NCBI GenBank assembly: GCA_002427365.1
Contig: DIQT01000007.1
Span: 1-47,576 of the forward strand
Direction of reading: 5' to 3'
DNA length: 47,576 nucleotides
DNA from: Bacillales bacterium UBA5455
GTDB lineage: Bacteria > Bacillota_I > Bacilli_A > RFN20 > CAG-826
This document shows, one piece after another, positions 29,244 through 37,184 of this stretch (positions within the stretch are counted from its first letter, which is position 1; each line of letters begins with the position of its first letter). Position numbers and translations under genes: made by a program. The notes under the pieces are model-generated. The model saw nothing but the letters and a program-made list of their open reading frames with translations. It ran no database searches and had not been told where the DNA came from.

Positions 29244-29490
29244 TAAAGGGCAAAAAAACCTGTAAAACAATGTGTTTTCACCGCTACTGAACTTATTTCC
29301 TAAATAACCTAACAATCATATGGTGAAACACTTGCTTTGCTTGAATAAAAAAGCAAACAAAGGTTGTTATTTACCTGTGTATAAAACCAAACAATAATTT
29401 TATCGGTATTTTTCTATTTAATAAAATATGTTAAACTTAAGACAGTTTAAAGTTTATGTCTAAATAACCGCACGAAGGATTTATTTACTA

Positions 29491-30783
29491 ATGACAAAAA
29501 ACAATAAAAAGAAAAAAGAAAAAAAGATTGTAAAAACGCGACATCGGGTTGCAACATGGTTTGCAAGGAATTTCATTTATCGTCCGTTTTGGGGTTGGTG
29601 GGCAATGGCAAAAAATGGTGTGAGCCGTAAACAAGCCAAAGAACTTCGTAAAGGCGGACCATATTTAATTGTTAGTAACCATATTTCTAACACCGATCCC
29701 GTTATGATTACAAACGCTGTGCGGATGCCAGTATATTACGTCGCAACCGAAGTCATTTTTTCGATGGGTTTAATAAGTAAACTCTTAACCTTCTTTTTAA
29801 AACCATTTCCTAAATCTAAATCGCAACCAGATATTTCTACAGTTCGCAATATGCTTCAAATTAGCAAAGAAGGCGGAAACGTTGGGGTTTTTATTGAAGG
29901 AAACGCAACTTTTAATGGCGCTCTTGCGTCAATGCCTGAAGCAATCGGCAAAGTTGCACTAAAAATGAAGCGGCCAATTTTAGTAATGAATTTTATTGAC
30001 TTATATTTAAAAATTCCCCGCTGGGCAATTAAAGCGCGGCATAGTAAAATTCGACCACGGGTTGAGGTAAAACGGGTAATACCTTATGAAGAATATAAAG
30101 ATTTAAGTCCAGAACAAATTAACGATTTGATTTATAAAGAAATAGAGTCTAGTCCATATGAAAATGTTGCGCCTGAACAATCATTTACAAGAAAACATAT
30201 GGCGGAATCGTTACATCGCTTATTATTTATGTGTCCGAATTGTCATAATGTTGATCAAATGCACGGGCATGATGAATTAGTTTGTAAAGCGTGTGGATTT
30301 AAAGCAACATACGATGATAAAGGATATATTAATTCATCAATTACTGGCAAACAAACATTAATTGAGGCGGACGCAAGACAAGTTATTAATTACGAACAAT
30401 ATTTAGATAAAAATCGCGAATATAAAATATCGTTAGTCGCCCGCCAAGTGTATATTTTGAAACAACGTCGCATTCGTATCGGATATTGTGATTTTATTCT
30501 TGATGAAAATGGTATTCGCTTAGATTTAAAATCAAAAGTTTGGCAAAGTAATAGTGAAATTATTCCATTTGAAACAATCTCCGCATTCGCGTGCCAAGGA
30601 AAATATCGAGTTATTGTTTATTTACGGGGTGGCTTCACCCGAATGTTTGAATTTAATAAAGATGTAAATACATATAAGATTTTATTAACACTCCAAATTC
30701 TTAAACAACGTAATTTATATAAAAACGGATTATCACCGTATAAGTTAGTTAGTGAAGATCCAACAAAACGGTTAGGTTTATAA
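29491..30783 (+). CDS. PlsC-like acyltransferase with a C-terminal zinc-ribbon and PH-like extension
   Basis: NHISNTD (HX4D), VFIEG; CPNC...CKAC. Confidence 0.8.
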   Translation: MTKNNKKKKEKKIVKTRHRVATWFARNFIYRPFWGWWAMAKNGVSRKQAKELRKGGPYLIVSNHISNTDPVMITNAVRMPVYYVATEVIFSMGLISKLLTFFLKPFPKSKSQPDISTVRNMLQISKEGGNVGVFIEGNATFNGALASMPEAIGKVALKMKRPILVMNFIDLYLKIPRWAIKARHSKIRPRVEVKRVIPYEEYKDLSPEQINDLIYKEIESSPYENVAPEQSFTRKHMAESLHRLLFMCPNCHNVDQMHGHDELVCKACGFKATYDDKGYINSSITGKQTLIEADARQVINYEQYLDKNREYKISLVARQVYILKQRRIRIGYCDFILDENGIRLDLKSKVWQSNSEIIPFETISAFACQGKYRVIVYLRGGFTRMFEFNKDVNTYKILLTLQILKQRNLYKNGLSPYKLVSEDPTKRLGL

Positions 30784-30821
30784 TTAAAATTTTAATAAAA
30801 TAATAATGATGGGAGAAAGTT

Positions 30822-32342
30822 ATGTCAAATTATGTTCTATATTGGGGGAATTTAGTTGATTTAGGAATCATTGGCGTTCTTATTTTGTTTGCGAATACTT
30901 TACGAAGAAAAGTTCCGTTTTTAAAGAAGTACGTTATTCCAACATCAATTATCGCGGGATTTATTGGTTTAGGTCTTAAATATCTATTCACAATCAAAAC
31001 TGGCTCAGGCGCTGCTTGGGGTTCGATCGATGGACGGCCTTTACTTGGTGGTGAATTTATGGGGATTGTCGCCTATCACACATTAGCGTTAGGCTTTATT
31101 GCAAGTAGTTTACGGAACACATCCAATAAAGAAAAGAAGGGCGTCGCTAAAGGGGGAACAATTAAAACTGGTTTAACAATTGTTACGTCTTATTTAATGC
31201 AAGCTGGATTAGGTTTAGTAATTACAATTGCCGGCTATTACATTTGGAAAAATACCGAATCATTAATGGCGAGCGGTCCTCATTCGGGGGTTATTCTTGC
31301 TTTAGCGTTTGGTCAAGGCCCCGGAAATGCGATGAATACGGGGCGGACCTTTGATTTAACATTAATTGGCCAAGGCTTATTACCCGTTGGTTCAAACGTT
31401 TGGGAAAGCTGGGGATTATCACTTGCAGCGATTGGTTTTTTAGCTGCTTGTATTCCTGGGATTATTTATATTAATTACTTAGTTAAGAAAAAGAAAATTA
31501 TTCGCTATGAAGGTGCGGATGATATAAAAGTTGAAGAAACAAGTCAATTCGCCGATGAAAATGAAATTCCTTTAAGTGAATCAGTTGATAAATTTACTGT
31601 GCAAATCGCCTTTGTTTTAGGAATTTACTTTATAACGTGGTTATTATTGTATGGGATTGAAGCGCTCCTCACTTTAGGCTACAAGAATGGTGAAAGTAAC
31701 ATCTTTAATACTGTTTCTAATCTTATTTGGGGCTTTAACTTTATTTTTGCGATTGTCGCAACAATGATTGTGAAACTACTTGTTAACTTACTCCAAAAGA
31801 AAAAGATCATGAAACGCAAATACACAAACGATTTCATGCTAACAAGAATTTCCGGTCTTGCTTTTGACTTCATGGTTGTCGCGGCCTTAACTGCGATTGA
31901 CGTTACGATTTTTAAAGACGCGGGACTTATTATTGTTCTAATTGTCGCTAGCCTTGTAGGCGCCGTTGCCACCTTCTTCTTAAATCGCTATCAAGCAAGA
32001 AAATGGTTTGCAAGTTATGAATACGAAGCATTTTTCTCCCTTTATGGAACATTAACTGGAACCAACTCTACCGGTATTGCTTTATTAAGAGAAATTGATC
32101 CATACTTTGAAACACCCGCGGCAAATAACTTAGTTAACGGGGCCGCAAGTGCGGTTTTATTTGGTGGGCCATTATTAATTGCGATTGCCTTTGTTCAAAA
32201 CTGGCCTAATTATGGTTGGTGGTATTTACCAGTTATTACATTAGGAATCTTACTACTATTTGGTATTTATATGATTGTTGGGGAGTGGTATAACAAACGC
32301 ATGGCCAAAGAAGAAGTTATTGAAAAGCCGGTTGAAGAATAA
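30822..32342 (+). CDS. Sodium:glutamate symporter (GltS/ESS) family-like membrane transporter
   Basis: About 13 TMs; AFGQGPG and YGTLTGTNSTGIALLR re-entrant loop motifs. Confidence 0.7.
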   Translation: MSNYVLYWGNLVDLGIIGVLILFANTLRRKVPFLKKYVIPTSIIAGFIGLGLKYLFTIKTGSGAAWGSIDGRPLLGGEFMGIVAYHTLALGFIASSLRNTSNKEKKGVAKGGTIKTGLTIVTSYLMQAGLGLVITIAGYYIWKNTESLMASGPHSGVILALAFGQGPGNAMNTGRTFDLTLIGQGLLPVGSNVWESWGLSLAAIGFLAACIPGIIYINYLVKKKKIIRYEGADDIKVEETSQFADENEIPLSESVDKFTVQIAFVLGIYFITWLLLYGIEALLTLGYKNGESNIFNTVSNLIWGFNFIFAIVATMIVKLLVNLLQKKKIMKRKYTNDFMLTRISGLAFDFMVVAALTAIDVTIFKDAGLIIVLIVASLVGAVATFFLNRYQARKWFASYEYEAFFSLYGTLTGTNSTGIALLREIDPYFETPAANNLVNGAASAVLFGGPLLIAIAFVQNWPNYGWWYLPVITLGILLLFGIYMIVGEWYNKRMAKEEVIEKPVEE

Positions 32343-32351
32343 TTACTAAAC

Positions 32352-32400
32352 AAACATCCTAAGACAAAATCAAACGTCTAATAAGGATGTTTTTCTTTTT
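32352..32400 (+). terminator. Terminator after the transporter gene
   Basis: AAACATCCT...AGGATGTTT followed by TTCTTTTT. Confidence 0.7.
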
Positions 32401-32503
32401 ATAAATAAATTTAAAGCATTTGCGTGTCGGAGTTGCTTTGTTTTTGGGTATAATGTTTATATTATCTTAACTAGTAAAAGTTAAAATGAAAGGAATGATA
32501 AAT

Positions 32504-34144
32504 ATGCGTTTATTAATAATTGGCGCGGTCGCAGCGGGTACATCCGCGGCCGCCAAAGCACGACGTAACAATGAAGAAAATCAAATTGTTATTTATGAAA
32601 AAGGTGAATACATTTCGTATGCGGGGTGCGGAATGGCGTATTATATCGCTGGTGATGTCGCAAGCGGAAATAGTATTCATCCGCGCAACGTAAAATACTT
32701 TAAAGATACATACAACGTGGATATTAAATTAGGTCATGAAGTAGTGAAAATCATCCCCGAAAATCAAACAATTATCGTTAAAGATTTAGCTTCTGGAATT
32801 GAATTTGTTGATCGTTACGATAAATTAATTATTGCAACGGGCGCACGGGCATTAATTCCACCGGTTCCTGGCGTTAATAAAGAACACGTTTTCCCTTTAA
32901 GAAATGTTAATGACATGTATAAAATTACTTCGTTCTTAGAAGAAAAGAAACCAGTAAACGCTGTTGTTGTCGGGGGTGGGTTTATTGGTTTAGAAATGAC
33001 CGAAAGTCTTGTTAAACTCGGTCTTAATGTTTCAATTGTTGAAATGAAAGACCAAATTGCAACAAACCTTGATGTCGATATGGCAAAACTAGTGGAACTA
33101 GAACTCCTAAAAGAAAACGTTAATGTTTATAAAGGTTTAGCGGCGGCCGAAATTCATGATCATAGTGTGACATTAAATAACGGTGAAACAATTTTAGGTG
33201 ATATCGTTATTATGTCCGCAGGCGTTCGACCAAATAGTGAAATTGCGGTTGAAGCGGGAATTAAAACGGGAAAATTCCGGGGTATTTTAGTTAATGACAA
33301 ACTCGAAACAAATCTTCCAAATATTTATGCCGCGGGTGATGTTAGTGAACAATATCATCTCTTATTAAAAGATTATGCATATCTTCCAATGGGCTCGACA
33401 GCGAATAAACAAGGTCGGGTAGCGGGCGATCAAGCAACCGGCGGCAATTTAATTTTTAAAGGTGTCTTTGGAACAAGCGTTTACCGCGTTTTTAATCAAA
33501 CTGTCGCTCAAACTGGCCTAAATGAAGCGTCCGCACTAGCGGCTGGGTATGAACCAGTAACGATTTTTAATATCAAACCAAATAAAGTTACATATTTAGG
33601 CGGCAAAGATATGACAATTAAAGCGGTCGCAGATAAGAAGAGCGGTAAAATTTTAGGCGCACAAATTGTTGGACCAGAAGGCGTTGACCGGCGAATTGAT
33701 GTACTTGCCACGGCAATTTATTTTGGCGCGACCGCATCAGATTTAGTTGATCTCGATTTAGCGTATTCACCGCCGTATTCCACGGTGCGCGATCCCGTCA
33801 ATTATACAGGAATGATTATTAGTAACATTTTAAACAAAGATACTCCCCAAGTAAGTTCGAAGGAAGTGTTAGAAAAAATAAAAAAAGGTGAGCCGTTAAC
33901 GATCATTGATACAAGACCCGCAATATTATATGGAGCCGATCATATTGAAGGGGCAATTAGTATCCCGTTAACGGATTTACGCAAAAAGGCGCCAACTTTA
34001 CCAACCGATCGGCCAATTTATTTATATTGTAGTCGGGGACTTGATGGCTATGTCGGCCAAAAGATTTTATTAAATCTTGGCTTTAGTAATGTTTATAACG
34101 TTCGTGGTGGCTATTTAGGTTATTTAATTGAAAATGATTTTTAA
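32504..34144 (+). CDS. CoA-disulfide reductase / NADH oxidase family flavoprotein with a C-terminal rhodanese domain (start 32504 preferred)
   Basis: GAVAAG FAD site, SYAGC (Cys42), GGGFIG, IYAAGD, LAYSPPYS; rhodanese IIDTR...YC. Confidence 0.9.
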   Translation: MRLLIIGAVAAGTSAAAKARRNNEENQIVIYEKGEYISYAGCGMAYYIAGDVASGNSIHPRNVKYFKDTYNVDIKLGHEVVKIIPENQTIIVKDLASGIEFVDRYDKLIIATGARALIPPVPGVNKEHVFPLRNVNDMYKITSFLEEKKPVNAVVVGGGFIGLEMTESLVKLGLNVSIVEMKDQIATNLDVDMAKLVELELLKENVNVYKGLAAAEIHDHSVTLNNGETILGDIVIMSAGVRPNSEIAVEAGIKTGKFRGILVNDKLETNLPNIYAAGDVSEQYHLLLKDYAYLPMGSTANKQGRVAGDQATGGNLIFKGVFGTSVYRVFNQTVAQTGLNEASALAAGYEPVTIFNIKPNKVTYLGGKDMTIKAVADKKSGKILGAQIVGPEGVDRRIDVLATAIYFGATASDLVDLDLAYSPPYSTVRDPVNYTGMIISNILNKDTPQVSSKEVLEKIKKGEPLTIIDTRPAILYGADHIEGAISIPLTDLRKKAPTLPTDRPIYLYCSRGLDGYVGQKILLNLGFSNVYNVRGGYLGYLIENDF

Positions 34145-34230
34145 ATAAGATCGTTCAAGAACTTATAATATAGATGTTGTTTAGGTCGTGCTTGCCTTAT
34201 AATAAGACACAACCAAAGGCGGATGATTAA

Positions 34231-34695
34231 ATGGATCATTTAGAAAAAGACTTAGCAAAAAAAGACGAACAACTTGATGAAGTATTAGGTGAAAGTGGTG
34301 AAGTAACTTACGAAGAACTAGCACCTTTTAGTAAAGATGATGTTCCAAAACATTATAAGTATGCGCGAAAAGGTTATATTATTTCCTCAATCGTTACTTT
34401 TGTCTTATTAATCGTTTACGTTTTTGCGCTTGTTATTATTAGTTATTTTGATCGTGATGGTTTTACTCCGCTCGCGGCTACAAAAGAAGACTTTGCACCA
34501 GTATTTTATGCCGCCTTAGGTGGCTTTGCCGTTATGATTACGTTTGCGATCATGAAGTTTAGCTTAGAAAAGAAACATCCGGAATATAAAATCATGGATG
34601 AATTAAAAGTTCGAATCTTACCCGACGATAAAGAGCTAGTAAGTGAAGAACCTAGCGAAAAAAAAGCGAAATTACGAAGAAATAAAATAAAATAG
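34231..34695 (+). CDS. Hypothetical two-TM membrane protein
   Basis: 154-aa ORF with host-like codon usage, RBS-like AAAGGCGG, two hydrophobic segments and its own terminator. Confidence 0.7.
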   Translation: MDHLEKDLAKKDEQLDEVLGESGEVTYEELAPFSKDDVPKHYKYARKGYIISSIVTFVLLIVYVFALVIISYFDRDGFTPLAATKEDFAPVFYAALGGFAVMITFAIMKFSLEKKHPEYKIMDELKVRILPDDKELVSEEPSEKKAKLRRNKIK

Positions 34696-34720
34696 AGCGC
34701 TCCTAAGAGCGCTCTTTTCT
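34694..34720 (+). terminator. Terminator hairpin between convergent genes
   Basis: AGAGCGCTC-ctaa-GAGCGCTCT then TTTCTT; A-rich on the other side. Confidence 0.8.
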
Positions 34721-34812
34721 TAATTTCATAAATTAAATAAATGATAAAATTTTATTTTTTTCTAGCGTAAACTATGCAAAAGGCTATTAAATTTAATTAA
34801 CGGCTTTAAAAG

Positions 34813-35766
34813 TTAATGGTGATGGTGATGATGATGGCTTTCTGATTCGCCATTTTCAATTTCACAGCGACCATCGACACAACCACTAGCGTCTCTTTCA
34901 AATTGAACGGTTAAATGGTTAATTTTATAATTTTTAGCAATTTCATTAACTTGTTCACGAATAAGATCAGCGTCTTTAAGTGTAAGACTTTCATCAAGTT
35001 TAATATGAACTGTTGCAAGGATTCCTTGGCCAGTTAATGTCCAAACGTGAAGATGATGAGCATCTTCAATAGGTTCGAGCGCTTTAATATCTTCGATGAA
35101 TTTGTCATTTGGAAAATCTTTGGGCGCTTTTTCAAGTAAGATATCTAAAATCTTAAACAAGGTTTTCATCGCACCGATAAAGATAACAATACTAATAACA
35201 ATTGTTAAGATCGGGTCGATTAAATAAATATATGGATTTTTGATTGTTAACATCAAAATCGAACCAATTAAAACAACAACCCAACCTAATACGTCTTCTA
35301 ACATATGGAAAAAGGTTGTCCGTTGATTTAAGTTTTCGCCACCGCTTGTAATTAGAACCGCAATGAAGTTAAAGATGATCCCAACAATGGATAAAATTAA
35401 CATCCCCATCGCGTTTACTTCTTCAATTTCGGGAGCGACTAACCGTTTAACAGCGGTTATAACCATAACGACCGATCCAACAATTAAAATCACCGCCATT
35501 AAAAGCGCGGAAATAATCGAATACCTTGAATAACCATATGTATAACGATCATCAGGTTTTCCTTCGGACTTTTTTTCTAACGCAAATGAGACACCAAGCG
35601 AGGTCGCATCGCCTAAGTCATGAATTGCATCGGAAAAAATCATAATACTATTTGTTATAAAACCACCAATAAATTCAATGATGGAAAAACTTAAGTTGAC
35701 AATAAAGGCAATTAAAATATTTCTTGTCGACTTATTCATTTTTGGTTTTTTCGTTTTCTTTTCCAT
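34813..35766 (-). CDS. czcD: Cation diffusion facilitator (CzcD-like Zn/Co/Cd exporter) with a His tail
   Basis: SDAIHDLGD, YTYGYSR, HMLEDVLG, HHLHVW, HLTVQ and C-terminal HHHHHH. Alternative start at 35739. Confidence 0.88.
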   Translation of the reverse strand: MEKKTKKPKMNKSTRNILIAFIVNLSFSIIEFIGGFITNSIMIFSDAIHDLGDATSLGVSFALEKKSEGKPDDRYTYGYSRYSIISALLMAVILIVGSVVMVITAVKRLVAPEIEEVNAMGMLILSIVGIIFNFIAVLITSGGENLNQRTTFFHMLEDVLGWVVVLIGSILMLTIKNPYIYLIDPILTIVISIVIFIGAMKTLFKILDILLEKAPKDFPNDKFIEDIKALEPIEDAHHLHVWTLTGQGILATVHIKLDESLTLKDADLIREQVNEIAKNYKINHLTVQFERDASGCVDGRCEIENGESESHHHHHHH

Positions 35767-36091
35767 ATAAATGCTCCTTGGTTGTCGTTAATAAACTTAC
35801 AACATGTTCATCATGTAACTGATAAAAGACTTCTTTACCGCTTTTTCGTGCTTTAACGAGGCGGTTTTCAATTAAAATTTTCATTTGATGCGAGATTGCG
35901 GATTTCTCCATCTCCAGTAAATAACAAATTTCATATTGGCATAACTCAGTTAGTTCAAGTAGAACAAGCAGAACGCGGGAACGAGTTGAATTACCAATCG
36001 CTTTGAAAAACTCCGTCAGTTGACTTGCTTCATCGCTTGAGGGGACTTGCTTTTTAACTTCATCAAGTAAGGTAATGTTATGTGTGTGCAT
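35732..36091 (-). CDS. ArsR/SmtB family metal-responsive repressor
   Basis: FFKAIGNSTR, SAISHQM HTH, GKEVFY and alpha5-type LHDEHV...EH ligands; directly upstream of the CDF gene. Confidence 0.9.
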   Translation of the reverse strand: MHTHNITLLDEVKKQVPSSDEASQLTEFFKAIGNSTRSRVLLVLLELTELCQYEICYLLEMEKSAISHQMKILIENRLVKARKSGKEVFYQLHDEHVVSLLTTTKEHLYGKENEKTKNE

Positions 36092-36100
36092 AGCGCCTCC

Positions 36101-36124
36101 ATAGTTGAATAATTACTCAACTGT
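36101..36124. promoter_or_regulatory. SmtB/CzrA-type operator
   Basis: ATAGTTGAATAA/TTACTCAACTGT inverted repeat (10 of 12 pairs) with core TGAA-N6-CTCA, between the -10 and the RBS of the arsR gene. Confidence 0.75.
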
Positions 36125-36127
36125 TAT

Positions 36128-36155
36128 ATTATACAACGCTCTTTTTTTAATGCAA
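36128..36155 (-). promoter_or_regulatory. Sigma-A promoter of arsR-czcD
   Basis: Minus strand TTGCAT-16 nt-TATAAT. Confidence 0.7.
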
Positions 36156-36156
36156 C

Positions 36157-36182
36157 AAAAAACCCCACAAAATTGTGGGGTT
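36157..36182 (-). terminator. Terminator after the DsbA-like gene
   Basis: AACCCCACAA-aa-TTGTGGGGTT with a T tract on the minus strand. Confidence 0.85.
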
Positions 36183-36206
36183 AAAAGTTTTCTTTCTTTT
36201 TATTCG

Positions 36207-37103
36207 TTAAAAGTTACAAACACCGCTTAATGGGTCACAAAACAAGGAACTTTTATGAATTGAAATTAATTCACCGGTGCCTAAATGGTCACGGTTAATT
36301 AAACTATTTTTTTCTAACGTATCAAGCCAATGAAGAAGTTCTTCATCACTTAAATTAAAACTACTTTGAATTTCAATGGGGGCAACAGGGCCAAACTCTT
36401 CAATAAACGCTAAGAGGGAATCTTCGTTCGCAGTTGGAATAACTTCATTTAAATTTGCGCCTAACATTTTAAAGACAGTAAGGAAATCTTCATATGTTTG
36501 GAAGCTCCGCATTAAAACTTGTTTGTCTTGGTATTTAACCATAAAAGCGGGATAACCCCGAACTTGGTATTGTTGGACTAAATACCGGTCTTCTTCAAAA
36601 GCGGCTTCCGCACTTCCATCTTGGAAATGAGTAATAAACTTAGAGACATTAAGACCAATTTCGCTTGCCAGTTCAACTAATACATCAAGACGCGAAGTAA
36701 TTTTTCCTTCGAGAATTGTTGCAAAGCGGAGCCGGCGTAAAAACTTATGAGCTAACTCTTCACTTTCAAATTGCGCGGCTTTGATCGCAATATTTTGCGG
36801 ATACGTCGAAGGATATTCGTTACTAAATAAGTTAAACCCTTCTTTAATAATGGGCATTTTGTGTTTTGCTGTTGCTTCTAGCCAACTTAATGGAAGGTTT
36901 TTGTTATTTGCTACAATTGGATCAAGGTCGGGATTTCTTACATCATACCAATCACGAATATCACGGACTAATCCGCCCATAACAAAAGCAAACTTAATTT
37001 GATCACCGAAGTGGTGTTGTAGTTTTGTAAGAATTGGTTCCGAGCCATAGCACCAAGTGCAAACTGGATCGTTAAATTCAATAATTTCAATGTAATCTTT
37101 CAT
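36207..37103 (-). CDS. DsbA/FrnE-like thioredoxin-fold protein with a C-terminal winged-helix-like segment and CX6C tail (start 37103)
   Basis: DPVCTWCYG, cis-Pro VRGYPAF and terminal CDPLSGVC. Confidence 0.82.
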   Translation of the reverse strand: MKDYIEIIEFNDPVCTWCYGSEPILTKLQHHFGDQIKFAFVMGGLVRDIRDWYDVRNPDLDPIVANNKNLPLSWLEATAKHKMPIIKEGFNLFSNEYPSTYPQNIAIKAAQFESEELAHKFLRRLRFATILEGKITSRLDVLVELASEIGLNVSKFITHFQDGSAEAAFEEDRYLVQQYQVRGYPAFMVKYQDKQVLMRSFQTYEDFLTVFKMLGANLNEVIPTANEDSLLAFIEEFGPVAPIEIQSSFNLSDEELLHWLDTLEKNSLINRDHLGTGELISIHKSSLFCDPLSGVCNF

Positions 37104-37169
37104 AAATATCTCTCTTTCGCACTTATTGTATATGATTTTTACTTCATACAAAAATTTATGCTTTTGGTG

Positions 37170-37178
37170 TGGTAATAT
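37170..37178 (+). promoter_or_regulatory. Extended -10 promoter predicting a leaderless ABC-F mRNA
   Basis: TGgTAATAT; the ATG begins 7 nt after the hexamer; no SD. Confidence 0.55.
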
Positions 37179-37184
37179 TTAGTT

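Noticed and set aside
29244-29490. Intact ICE, IME or prophage at rlmD
   Set aside because: No integrase, relaxase or phage genes follow; only a possible scar is reported.
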